A stretch of DNA of 64,000 nt from Octopus bimaculoides (lineage: Eukaryota). Numbering within the stretch: position 1 is the first letter of the stretch; each line of letters begins with the position of its first letter. Below are positions 12,986 through 24,974 of the stretch, piece after piece. The notes beneath the pieces were generated by a model that had not been told where the DNA came from, did not search any database, and saw only the letters and a program-made list of their open reading frames with translations. The DNA lies in contig NC_068995.1 of assembly GCF_001194135.2 (NCBI RefSeq), positions 27,980,519 through 28,044,518 on the forward strand, given 5' to 3'. A program made the translations under genes and the position numbers.

Positions 12986-13303
12986 NNNNNNNNNNNNNNN
13001 NNNNNNNNNNNNNNNNNNNNNNNNNNNNNNNNNNNNNNNNNNNNNNNNNNNNNNNNNNNNNNNNNNNNNNNNNNNNNNNNNNNNNNNNNNNNNNNNNNNN
13101 NNNNNNNNNNNNNNNNNNNNNNNNNNNNNNNNNNNNNNNNNNNNNNNNNNNNNNNNNNNNNNNNNNNNNNNNNNNNNNNNNNNNNNNNNNNNNNNNNNNN
13201 NNNNNNNNNNNNNNNNNNNNNNNNNNNNNNNNNNNNNNNNNNNNNNNNNNNNNNNNNNNNNNNNNNNNNNNNNNNNNNNNNNNNNNNNNNNNNNNNNNNN
13301 NNN

Positions 13304-13336
<33 letters not shown>

Positions 13337-13356
13337 CATACATACATACATACATA

Positions 13357-14660
13357 CAAGGGGGTACCCAAAACAAATTGGAATTTTGCTATATTATTTT
13401 ATTCACTTAGTTTTACATGTTTACACTTTTATCACCTTCAAAATATTCTTTATTTGAAGTAATGCATCGATCCAGACACATTTCTCACTGTTCAAAGCAA
13501 CGCTGGAACTCTTGCGAAGTGATGCCTTTAAATGCCTCTGTCGTTTTTTTCTTCACCTTCTGCATCTGCAAAATGTTTTCCTTTGAGGAATTCTTTCATT
13601 CGGAGGAACAAAAAAAAAAGTTGCAGAGAGCAAGATCAGGTGAATAGGGAAGGTGGGTAAGCGGTGTCATGCCATGTTTGGTCAGAAACTGTCTCGCACT
13701 CAACGCAGTGTGCACAGGTGCACTGTCGTTATGAAACCACTACTCCCCACTGCCAGGGCATTTTCATCTCACAGTATCTCACAAATGCTTCAGAATTTCC
13801 AAGTGAAATGTCTGGTTAACAGTTTGACCAGGAAGAACAAATTGTGTGTGGACAATTCCTTTTGCATCAATGAAACTAATAAGCATTGTCTTGACTGTAG
13901 ACTTCACTTGATGTGCTGTTTTGGGGTATGGTGACATTAAATGATTCCATTGACTTGATTGCCGCCTTGTTGTAACCATAACAACAGCTTTCATCACCAG
14001 TGATGACCTTTGGAAAAAGGTTCGGATCACCTTCCAACTATTCTTTCAGTTCACAGTACGCATTTAGTCATGACTGTTTTTGATCTTCCATGAGATAGCA
14101 AGGCACAAATTTTGCTTCAACTCTTTTCATTTGCAATTCCTTGCTCAAAATTTGTTGGCAGAAACACCAGGACACACACCGGTCATATCAACAAGTTCAT
14201 CAATTGTTCGGTGACAGTCCCCCAAGAACAGTTCATGAAATTTTGGTGACGTTTTCATCCATTCAGGAGGTCAACAGTCACCCTGAACAAGGTTGGTTTT
14301 CAACCAATAAGTAACCATTCCTAAAGCAGGGAAACCACTCATAAACTTGTGTTTTGCTCATGGCAGCGTCCTTGTAAGCTGTTTTAAGCATGACAACTGT
14401 TTCAGCTGCTGTTTTCCCCTGCAGAAACAATTTCACGGAAATACACTGTTCCTTCGCTTCAACCATTGCAAAAATCGGCGAACAAGGGAGAAGCACAGCA
14501 AAACAATGGCGTACCATGTGGCAGTAGAACTTCGGATGACACTGCTGGTTGGCAGGCTGATGCCTGAGGGTTACATCAAGTGGCTTCTAGTGGCAGAAGT
14601 CTGAACTACGACTGCTTTGTCCACAGAGAATGTTTCCAGTTACCTTTGGGTACCCCCTCG
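13357..14660 (-). mobile_element. Full-length decayed mariner (1304 bp)
   Basis: TA-flanked TIRs (caagggggtacccaaa / tttgggtaccccctcg). Transposase remnants 'EQCISVKLFLQGKTAAETVVMLKTAYKDAAMSKTQVYEWF' and 'KTMLISFIDAKGIVHTQFVLPGQTVNQ'. Confidence 0.9.
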
Positions 14661-14662
14661 TA

Positions 14663-15830
14663 ATATTTAAAAACCTGATAGCTAATATTAGTAACAGAGT
14701 GTCTAACCTCTCTTCTTCCAAAGAAATTTTCAAGAACGCTGCCCCCTATTATAACAAAACTCTAGCCACTAGTGGCTTCAAAGATAAATTAATATGTAAT
14801 CGTTCTTATAATAATCAAAATATTAATAATAGATCTAGTGGTATCAAAGATAACATAGTATGTAACCACTCTAGTATTAATCAAGATAAGAAACCTAAAA
14901 ATAGGCCAAGGAAAATTATTCAGTTCACCCCTCCCTTTTCCTTTGATATAAAAACTAACATTGGCAAAAGATTCTTGTCTCTCCTAGACACACTTTCCAG
15001 CCACTCACAGATACAGAAAAATATTTAATAGGCATTCTGTGAAATTGTCATATAGCTGCTGTCCCAGTATGAAGAGTATCATTACATGTGGTCAATACCA
15101 AGAGCCTGAATTCAGTTGCAACCCAGGATCCTGTCCACTTGACCAACAACGTATGACTACATCTATCATATATGAAGCGGAAGTTACTGCAACCCTAAAT
15201 ACTAATACAACTGATAAGAAGACCTATATTGGATAATGTGAAAGTGAATTTAAAAATCACTATGCCAATCACATAGCCTCCTTCTGACATAGGGACATAA
15301 GTAAAGCTACTAAATTGGCTGCTATGTATGGACTGAAACACTGCATGTAGAAAGTAATTGAGAAATCCATACCTTATGTGAATGGATCAAATAAACGTAG
15401 ACTTTGTTTGGCTGAAAGAGCACAGATCCTGTTCAGATCTAAGATCTCCAACTCTATTGAACTCCAGGTCAGAAATTTTCAGTTGTTGCATGCATATGTA
15501 TAAATGTATTTTGAAGAATTGGAAAATTCCGCCTATTCCTGACTGACTTGATATCTTTCCAGCCTTATCATTTAAGGTCTAAGAAGGATAGCTCTTTTAC
15601 CTTTTTACATTTTAGTTTCTGCTTTTCATTTTCCGTTGTTTACTGTCTGCATTTTCTATTTTTTGTGTTTCTTCTATTATTCAACTTCTTTAGTTCGTTA
15701 TGATATGTGATTTGCACCTGAAGAATATGTTTGAGTTTTCTCAACATATGAAACTATTAGTAGTGGTTTAATACATGTATTATGACCTTTAAATAAATAT
15801 TTATCTCTCACCAGATGGAGTATTTTCTTT
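14663..15830 (+). mobile_element. Penelope-like element 3' portion (RT thumb, GIY-YIG, terminal repeat)
   Basis: 'NISNRVSNLSSSKEIFKNAAPYYN', 'RKII.FTPPFS..IKTNIGKRFL', 'SIIYEAEV...KKTYIG', 'PYVNGSNK.RLCLAE', followed by a hammerhead-like 3' region. Confidence 0.85.
15711..15771 (+). ncRNA. Type-I hammerhead ribozyme-like fold with a non-permissive GUG cleavage triplet
   Basis: CTGAAGA 15718-24; stem II atatgtt/aacatat plus gag/ctc; GAAA 15750-53; stem III ACTA-ttag-TAGT; N17 = G; imperfect stem I. Confidence 0.65.
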
Positions 15831-15989
15831 GTTGAATTTTCTCTCATGGATCAATACATTATATATATATATATATATATATAAATTTAAAAATAAGGGT
15901 GACAAATTGAATATTAATTTGATTAATATCAATTTAAAACCAGTGACCTAGCAAGTTGAAAACTCTGATGATTCAGAAAAAATTTATAT

Positions 15990-16507
15990 TACATACATAT
16001 AAGAGGGATGACCACTAAGTGGACATCCCTTTTGCTAGAAGATCAGCTACAGTCTGACCACTAAGAAGAATGTTCTCAAGAAAATTCAGCAAACAGAACG
16101 TAAGCGAGCAAGACAAATGAAAAAATACAAAATATAATGAATTAATCATAGACCGGTTTTGTTGTTAACAAATTACTTATGTAACTGTCTGCAACTCTTT
16201 AGTATGGTCGTTCTTTTCAATATAATTTGCAGAACGTCTCATGTATAGTTCTGCAAATTATATTTCAATTATATTGAAAAGAACGACCATATTGAAGAGT
16301 TGCAGACAATTATGTAAGTAATTCGTTAACAACAGAACCGGTCTATGATTAATTCTTTATATTTTGTATCTTTTCATTTGTCTTGCTCACTTACGTTCTG
16401 GTGTTTGTTGAATTTTCTTGAGAACATTCTTCTTAGTGGTCAGACCATAGCTGGTCTTCTAGCAAAAGTGATGTCCATTTAGTGGTCATCCCTCTTATAT
16501 GTATGTA
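15990..16507. mobile_element. 518-bp foldback element (MITE-like)
   Basis: Arms of ~250 bp are reverse complements (aagagggatgaccactaagtggacat... / ...atgtccatttagtggtcatccctctt) around a 12-nt loop at 16236-16247. Confidence 0.9.
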
Positions 16508-16787
16508 TATATATATATAGGTGCAAAATAGCACCTACAATTGCTAGAAATGAGAACAGCCACACAAAAGCACAAACCTCATGAAATATTTGGGACTGTG
16601 AGCAGCAAGCCACAACAGCATTCTTTGGTGAGAATGAAATAGTTTGATAAAACTTTATCATGTGATTTCAAAATTTGCTCAATATCAAACTGGCCGAGTC
16701 GTTAAAGCGTTAGATAGAATGACTTGAGTTATTTCTTCTGACTCCCTACATTCTGAGTTTAAATCCCGCTGAAGTCAACTTTGCCTT

Positions 16788-17142
16788 ATAGGTGTAGGAG
16801 TGGCTGTGTGGTAAGTAGCTTGCTAACGAACCACATGGTCCTGGGTTCAGTCCCACTGCGTAGCACCTTGGGCAAGTGTCTTCTACTATAGCCTCGGGCC
16901 AACCAAAGCCTTGTGAGTGGATTTGGTAGACGGAAACTGAAAGAAGCCCGTTGTATATATGTATATACATATATATATTTGTGTGTCTGTGTTTGTTCCC
17001 CCAACATCGCTTGACAACCGATGCTGGTGTATTTACGACTCTGTAACTTAGTGGTTCGGCAAAAGAGACCGATAGAATAAGTACTAGGCTTACAAAGAAT
17101 AAGTCCTGGAGTCGATTTGCTCGACTAAAAAAGGTGGTGCTC
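16788..17142 (+). mobile_element. tRNA-derived SINE (same family as 8153), cut by a gap
   Basis: Collinear with the 8153 copy. Abuts the 5' part of a different SINE-like head at ~16690-16787. Confidence 0.85.
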
Positions 17143-18073
17143 NNNNNNNNNNNNNNNNNNNNNNNNNNNNNNNNNNNNNNNNNNNNNNNNNNNNNNNNNN
17201 NNNNNNNNNNNNNNNNNNNNNNNNNNNNNNNNNNNNNNNNNNNNNNNNNNNNNNNNNNNNNNNNNNNNNNNNNNNNNNNNNNNNNNNNNNNNNNNNNNNN
17301 NNNNNNNNNNNNNNNNNNNNNNNNNNNNNNNNNNNNNNNNNNNNNNNNNNNNNNNNNNNNNNNNNNNNNNNNNNNNNNNNNNNNNNNNNNNNNNNNNNNN
17401 NNNNNNNNNNNNNNNNNNNNNNNNNNNNNNNNNNNNNNNNNNNNNNNNNNNNNNNNNNNNNNNNNNNNNNNNNNNNNNNNNNNNNNNNNNNNNNNNNNNN
17501 NNNNNNNNNNNNNNNNNNNNNNNNNNNNNNNNNNNNNNNNNNNNNNNNNNNNNNNNNNNNNNNNNNNNNNNNNNNNNNNNNNNNNNNNNNNNNNNNNNNN
17601 NNNNNNNNNNNNNNNNNNNNNNNNNNNNNNNNNNNNNNNNNNNNNNNNNNNNNNNNNNNNNNNNNNNNNNNNNNNNNNNNNNNNNNNNNNNNNNNNNNNN
17701 NNNNNNNNNNNNNNNNNNNNNNNNNNNNNNNNNNNNNNNNNNNNNNNNNNNNNNNNNNNNNNNNNNNNNNNNNNNNNNNNNNNNNNNNNNNNNNNNNNNN
17801 NNNNNNNNNNNNNNNNNNNNNNNNNNNNNNNNNNNNNNNNNNNNNNNNNNNNNNNNNNNNNNNNNNNNNNNNNNNNNNNNNNNNNNNNNNNNNNNNNNNN
17901 NNNNNNNNNNNNNNNNNNNNNNNNNNNNNNNNNNNNNNNNNNNNNNNNNNNNNNNNNNNNNNNNNNNNNNNNNNNNNNNNNNNNNNNNNNNNNNNNNNNN
18001 NNNNNNNNNNNNNNNNNNNNNNNNNNNNNNNNNNNNNNNNNNNNNNNNNNNNNNNNNNNNNNNNNNNNNNNNN

Positions 18074-18395
18074 NAGCAGTCACAGCCCATGTTTCACTGC
18101 CATGTAGCATGGCTGTTCGTACACATGTGTCATACAGTCTGCCTTTTACCCTGAGTGAGAGTCCCTTTGTCGCCAGCAGAGGTAAGAGCTCTCTAAACTT
18201 GGCCCAGGCTATTCTTATTCTAGCAGTTAGACTTTCAGCGCACCCACCCCCACTACTAACTTGGTCACCCAGATAGCGGAAGCTATCAACTACCTCTAGT
18301 TTTTCTCCCTGGAATGAGATAGAAGTTGTTTCCTGTTTGTTTACAGTGTTTATTGCATCTGAACATCTGCCACATACAAAGACTAACTTTGTAGT
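18074..18395 (-). mobile_element. RTE RT C-terminal fragment
   Basis: Minus strand 'YLGDQVSSGGGCAESLTARIRIAWAKFRELLPLLATKGLSLRVKGRLYDTCVRTAMLHGSETWAVTA'. Confidence 0.9.
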
Positions 18396-18561
18396 TAATC
18401 TGCCTTTGATATTGCTGCACCTCTTATGTGTTCATTAGCAATTGCAGGTGCTATTTAGCACTCTCATTTTTTAATTTTACCTTTTAGGTTTTAATTGCTA
18501 TGGCCACCTATATTATAATGTACTTAATATGTTAATATATTATTATATCTTATTGTATTTT

Positions 18562-18612
<51 letters not shown>

Positions 18613-19849
18613 CAGACAGCAATTTAAAGAAAACTTACTTTCATTAGTTACAGCATTTTCCATTCATCTATGTCTTATTTTTGTTTGAAACATTTTCACT
18701 GTCACTGACATAAGAAATACTAATTGCCTTCAAAAGTTTTAGCTAATTCTTTTTGTGATCTATTTCTCAAATGATTAAGTTGACTTTTTATCATATAGGA
18801 ACATAAGTAGATACACACATATTCCTTGGGCTTCTTTGTGGTTTACTTACAAATACTAAATTTCACTCATAATTCATTAGTTTGCCCAAAAGACACCTAT
18901 TCAGAGTGCTACATGGTATGGTTGAATCCCCTACTGCCATATAGTTTCAGAGTAATTACTTTGAAAATATAGTGATGCTTATGCCTATAATTTATGAGTT
19001 GTATATGATCAATTGAAGACTTTTTTCTCAGTATTTTGAAGAAAATTTACTAAATTAATTGTTGATACTGGTTAGTGTTGAAAGAGATGCCTTTCTCATT
19101 TTCAGAACATCATAAAAACTATCTGTTCTACGCAAAAATTAATACCAAACATTACTAAAAAAAATCTTGTAAAATATTTGTCAATTAGCTAGTATAAGAC
19201 ATTTTTAGGGTAATTCAGTATATTAATGAATAAAGAAGAGCATTATTACAAAATGTCACATATGGCTCATTTTTCTTTCACATGATATCCCATTATTAGT
19301 ACATATCAGAATTTAATTGTTGTGAGGTATCTTTGAATCAAAGGTCTAAGGAGTTAATAATTTTAAGTTATTTGAATACATGATTGCAGTCATAGGTTGC
19401 TTGCTTATTGTTTTTTGGGGGGGTTTTTTCAACCATTTTAGTCTCTACTTATTTATTATTGTGCTATCAATTTACTACATTAGCAACTTAGACAATTTAA
19501 GTAATGTAGCCTGTGAAATTTTTGTTACATTTTTCCGTTTTAGCAATTTCAAATTTTACTCTTTGGTGTATAATGAGGTTGTGGAACTCTACCAGGCTCG
19601 TTATTCATCTTTTACTTTGAAATCAATCTATGTGTTTGTCTCTTTCTTTGTTCCAGTGGTATTACTAAAATTTTTGATAACAACTATTAAATTAATATTT
19701 GTTAAAATTTTGTTTTCAAAAATATATGCACAGAAGTTTGATTAGTAGTTAAGTGTTTTATATTTTGTCCGTTAACATTGAATAACTTGTCAGCATGTAT
19801 CTGTATGTGTGTATTATATAGTCATATATTTTTCCTTTTTATTCTTTTC

Positions 19850-20190
19850 TTTCTCTTGTTTCAATCATTGGGTTGCAACCATTCTGGGGCACTGCTTTAA
19901 AGGATTTTATTTGAGCAAATCACCTATAGTACTTGTCTTATAAGTCTGGTACTCATTCTATCAATATCTGTTGCTAAACTGCTAAGTTACAAGGATAGAA
20001 ACAAACTGACACTGGTTGTCAAGTTGTAGGAATGGAGACAAACACAAAGATACACTCAGATACATGTATATGTGTGTGTGTGTATATAAGGTTTCCACTT
20101 ACCAAATTCACTCATAAGGTTTTAGTCAACCAGGAACTATAGTAGAGACACCTGCCCTAGGTGCTGTGCACAATGAAACTGAACCTGAAA
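19850..20190 (-). mobile_element. Older, diverged SINE copy in antisense orientation
   Basis: Reverse-complement similarity to the 8153 family (cttgtttcaatcatt, accaaattcactcataagg, ctatagtagagacacctgccc). A second fragment lies at ~20455-20545. Confidence 0.7.
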
Positions 20191-21201
20191 CTGTATTAAA
20201 TACATGTGTGTGTGTGTGTGTTTTTCATTATCACTTTACTATTCACTTTTCCATACTCTCATGGGTCAAGCACAATTTATAGAAGTAGATTTCCTTAAGC
20301 CAGATACTCTTCTTATTGCCTTTTTCTAAACACAGTAATATTTCCCGATGATTAAGCATGTTTTCCACAGAAGAGTAGAAAGAATGGCAAAGCTTATTTG
20401 ATGGTGACACTCCTTCTTAATTGTCACATGTCATGACACATTGTGCATGCATGAGACAGGCTTCTTTCAGTTTTCATTTGCCAAATCCATTCAAGACTTT
20501 GATTGACCCAAAGCTATAGTAAAATATATTTGCCAAAAGTGAAGTGCATGCCTATACCTGTGTGTATATGTATGCATATAAATATGTATGTGTGTGTACG
20601 GTTTGGGGCATCTGTCTCTTAGAATAACTAGGCTTTTACCTAACAAAGTGAAGAACATTATGCCACCTTGATTAGAGTTGGGTACGCTTAAAAGATCCAG
20701 TATATTCCTATAATAAATACCAAACATACACCTAAGAAAGGCAGAGATAGCAGTACTTGTGGTAAAATGAATGATTGTAATAATCTGTATAATAATCAGA
20801 TTGCAAATAAAAGGATTAATGGCAAGAAAAATAACACAGTAGAATTAGTGAGTAATCAGTAATTTCTCAATCAAAAGGTTTCATCAGTGAAATGGCTGGA
20901 AGGTTCCATGTAAACTCTGGTATATTTCAGGAAAATCTACAAACAGTAACACAAAGGCACTGGTGTAAAGACTGATCATAAATATAAGGAGCTTGCTCTG
21001 GGAATAATAGCAACCCTTTATTCAACAACCTGCATGCAAATATACATAGTAGTAAATGTAATCACATCAGTTATGGTAACAAATTCCGGAAAAATATAAT
21101 GTAAAATAGGAATATTATCTGGTATAATGCTTCATTTGGCATTCATGTTTCTTCAAATATTTCTGAAATGCTCTTTTAGGCTTTACATAAAAATTTTCTC
21201 C

Positions 21202-21593
21202 ATAGGTGCAGGAGTGCTGTGTGGTAAGTAGCTTGCTTACCAACCACATGGTTCCGGGTTCAGTCCCACTGTGTGACACCTTGGGCAAGTGTCTTCTACT
21301 ATAGTTTTGGACCGACCAAAGCCTTGTGAGTGGATTTGGTTGACAGAAACTGAAAGAATCCTGTTGTATATATGTATGTGTGTGTATATGTTTGTGTGTC
21401 TGTGTTTATCCCCCAACACCGCTTGACAACCGATGCTGGTGTGTTTACGTCCCCGTCACTTAGCGGTTCAGCAAAAGAGACTGATAGAGTAAGTACTAGG
21501 CTTACAAAGAATAAGTCCTGGGGTTGATTTCTTCGACTAAAGGCGGTGCTCCAGCATGGCCACCGTCAAATGACTGAAATAAGTAAAAGAGAG
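21202..21593 (+). mobile_element. tRNA-derived SINE
   Basis: Collinear with the 8153 and 26696 copies. Confidence 0.85.
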
Positions 21594-22362
21594 TATCTAG
21601 CTGGTATAGTAAGATATTTAAAAGACATACTGTAAAACTTGCTTACTCCACTACACTTAATTTAGCAAATATTATAGTGGCTAAAAACATTAGAAAATTG
21701 GGCCTCCAGAATGAAAGAATGTCGAGTATTGATTCTGAACTTATTGATACATCAAGTTCCACTTCTTTCATGTCAGTCTAATGGGGGTAACCATATCCCA
21801 ACAAATTGCAAAGTGGATAGCAGTAATACTAGTATCATAAATAACATATCATGTAACTATAGAACTGATGGTTTGTAATTGTCAGAATGTGAGTAAATGC
21901 CCCCTAGATAACCAATGTCTAAGGTATTATAATTTATTTTCTCAAAACACCTGAGGGTGTGTATTACTACATATTTATGACCAGATTACATAATCACAAT
22001 CACTCTTTTAAATACAAAAAGTGAAGAACATAGGATACTTTATTTCATGCTCTATAATAGGGGTGCCAAAAGATAGTGCAATTTGTATTTGGAGAAAACA
22101 TTTGAACCACTAAAATGTAAATACAACTTGATTAACAAACATAATTATTGACCCATTGTTCTCATTCATTTACTAAAACATTCTTAAAATTTCCATATTA
22201 ATATTTCCGCACCTAGGTCCCACTTAATTAACATAGTAAGAAAGAAAAATCTTTATATAGGATATGTATTAGAATTTTTTAAATGAATCTTCTTGGTGTT
22301 CAAAAGAATTCCATCTGACCCATGCAAGCATAGAAATGTAGATGTTAAACAGTGATGATGAT

Positions 22363-22402
<40 letters not shown>

Positions 22403-22413
22403 CNNNNNNNNNN

Positions 22414-22452
<39 letters not shown>

Positions 22453-22814
22453 CACATATGTAAGTACCACATAGCATATAATTTTAAAGGTATGACTGTG
22501 TGGTTAAGAAGTTTGTTTCCAAACCACCTGGTCTCATGTTCAGTCACTGGTAGAAAAGAAGTCTATCCTGTATATATATATAGGTATATACAAACATGTC
22601 TCCTTTTCTTGACATCACTTGGTAGGTCATACAAGCAGTGTCACTTGTTTCCAATCTTCCATGAAAACCTGTCCAGCCAATGGGAAATATTGCCTTGCTT
22701 AGAAACAAGTGAAGGCTGGTGATAGGAAGGGCCTCTGGCTGTAGAAAATCTACATCACTGAATTCCATCTGACTAATTTAAGCATGGAAAACTAAATGGT
22801 AAAATATAGTTATG

Positions 22815-22847
<33 letters not shown>

Positions 22848-22850
22848 ATA

Positions 22851-24243
22851 CCTTAAAAACCTATGTAATTTACGCACTTTTTTTGCAAAAATAAAAATAA
22901 ACTTTAGGGGATATGTAAATTACATGAGTAGATTGTTCCCAGAATGTTTTAGAATTTTTTTGTTGAAAATAGATTTACAAAACGTAAACATTCGTACCGG
23001 AAGTTGACTTTTATTTATATTGGACGGTATTATGCTTACTTTTTCTGTATAAATTTACTAAAACCACTAAATGTTTAACTACTTTTTGAAGTCTGACGTA
23101 CATGCTAGTAATCACGGTCTGGGCCATATTTTACTCAGTTGAATAAAATGTCGTCTAAGCTGATGTTTATTGTTAATTAAACTTAATTTGCAACACTTGT
23201 GCATATTTATCAGCTTTGTTTTTGTTGATATGTCGTTTGAGAAGACATACAGCAGTATGCAAAAAGATTGGGCATAATCTCTTGTGGGCAAGAAATGTAA
23301 AATAAAGTTCATTATAAACAAGCTTATCCACCATCTTTCCAACAACCTTGGGCACCTTTTTGAATTCCATATGACAAACACTCAAGGACATGCTTATAAA
23401 ATCAAAAACAACACAGCACTCATGACTTTCGGAAATATTTTTTCACACTCAGAATTTCTGAAGCATGGAATAAACTACCTGCATTAGTTGTTAGCTGTCA
23501 AGACACTACATCCTTCAAAACTTCCATGCTTCCTGAAATCTGCCAACATTACACCTGATGGCTTTTTTTTTCTTTTAATTGTAGTGCACCTGAGCACTGT
23601 ATACAAGAATTTCCTTCATTATACATGCTCATAATTTGTAAAATAATACTTCGGTTATTTCCAGTTATGTGGAGACACACAAACACGCAATCTCATACAT
23701 GAGCGTGCATGCACACACACACAGTCTCATACAGTTATGTACGCATACAAACACACTTAAACATACACACGCACACAACCAGTGTCACATTTTTCATTTA
23801 TTTTTATTATTGGAACGCTAAAGTTGTTGGAGGAAAAGGCTATACCGGGTGGTTAAAGCAAACTGGCATTGTCAGTCTCATAAGAGAGGAGAAGGAGGGT
23901 ATACCAAGTGAGTAAAACGGACTGACACGCGTCAGTCCCACGAAACCGATTTTATTTATATAGAAGAAAACACAATCACTTTTTAATTTAATAGCTTTTA
24001 ATGTGACACCTGTTAAACAGAAATTATTTTTATTTAATGAATATTTAATAAAATCTAATCATAAGTAAGTGAAATTATGCTAAATACAACTAAATTGGAA
24101 ACCTTTTCCCCTTGGCCATATCAGCAATTCTGAAAACTTTTGGGTGCAAATTTTACATGAGTAGAAGCTTTTTTTAACAATTTTTATCTTGAAAATCACC
24201 TGCGTAAATTATACAGGTGCGCAATTTACATGGGTTTTTACAG
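22851..24243. mobile_element. Non-autonomous TIR element (pogo/Tigger-like ends), 1.39 kb
   Basis: TA|ccttaaaaacctatgtaatttacgcac ... gtgcgcaatttacatgggtttttacag|TA. No convincing transposase inside. Confidence 0.7.
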
Positions 24244-24578
24244 TATATATATATATATATTTGTATACTGGTCATGGTGAGATTGTATAAGACAGAGATT
24301 TATATTATGTAATGTATGTAGTCAATTTATTTAATTTACAAATGCAGTATTAGCTCAAAGCTTTGGGCATATTCCATAAAATATGCATATAACTTGTGCT
24401 CAGTAGAGTGCCTTAGTGTCATAGGAACTTATTCATGATAGCTTAATTCTATGGCATTAAATCTAAATTGTCTAAGATTATGATTTTAAAACACACCACC
24501 CTTGTTATCCTGATCAGTTTAACATTGGTTTCTCTTTCATTTTAAAAAAAGAAAATATGTAATTGACCTTATCTTTAG

Positions 24579-24707
24579 ATATCATTGAAAACTGCTTGTT
24601 CATATTATGGCGTCACTTGGAGTATTATTTACTACATTGTGTCCCACTTGATCAACAACCAAGTTTGTACCAAACTCAGCATAGGGAGCAGTCTAAGCAA
24701 TTCAGTG
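24579..24707 (+). CDS. NUP205: NUP205 coding exon: (Y)IIENCLFILWRHLEYYLLHCVPLDQQPSLYQTQHREQSKQFS
   Basis: ctttag| acceptor, |gtaagt donor, 129 nt (phase 1 to phase 1). IIENCLFILWRHLEYYLLHC is almost identical to human NUP205 IIETCLFILWRHLEYYLLHC (recalled). Too short for the ORF track. Confidence 0.95.
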
Positions 24708-24816
24708 GTAAGTAACAATCCATTTATTCTGAACTTTTAAAATGAACTGTTTAAAATGCATTTTTACTGATTTGAATAGCTACCTATTCTCATGATATAT
24801 ATTTTCTTATTTTTAG

Positions 24817-24974
24817 ATATGACGTTCTCAGTTTCCCATAAAAACTTTGATCCAAATTCTGGAAGTCATGACTTTATAGCTAGTGTGACATGTGAAGAAC
24901 TTGATACCCTAAAATGTAATGCCCCAGCTATTATAGGAGATACTCTAATGAAAAAAATTCTGGAAATAAACCAA
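24817..24974 (+). CDS. NUP205: NUP205 penultimate coding exon: (D)MTFSVSHKNFDPNSGSHDFIASVTCEELDTLKCNAPAIIGDTLMKKILEINQ
   Basis: ttttag| acceptor after a 109-nt intron, |gtaaga donor, 158 nt (phase 1 to phase 0). The 3' half resembles human 'VSQHDLDQLQADAINAFGESLQKKLLDIEG'. Confidence 0.9.

Larger units (their letters stand above)
9469..24578 (+). other. NUP205: Probable U12-type (minor spliceosome) GT-AG intron of NUP205, ~15.1 kb including gaps
   Basis: Donor GTATCCTTTG fits the U12 consensus RTATCCTTT. The acceptor lacks a polypyrimidine tract (aaaaaaagaaaatatgtaattgaccttatctttag) and has CCTTATC at 24567-24573, close to the U12 branch consensus CCTTRAC. Confidence 0.75.

Noticed and set aside
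19380-19745. 121-aa hydrophobic ORF in the NUP205 intron
   Set aside because: AT-rich low-complexity translation with no motif or splice support.
23905-23955. Hairpin ggactgac/gtcagtcc followed by GAAAC, hammerhead-like
   Set aside because: The upstream core would be CAAGTGA (three mismatches) and stems I and III are unsupported.
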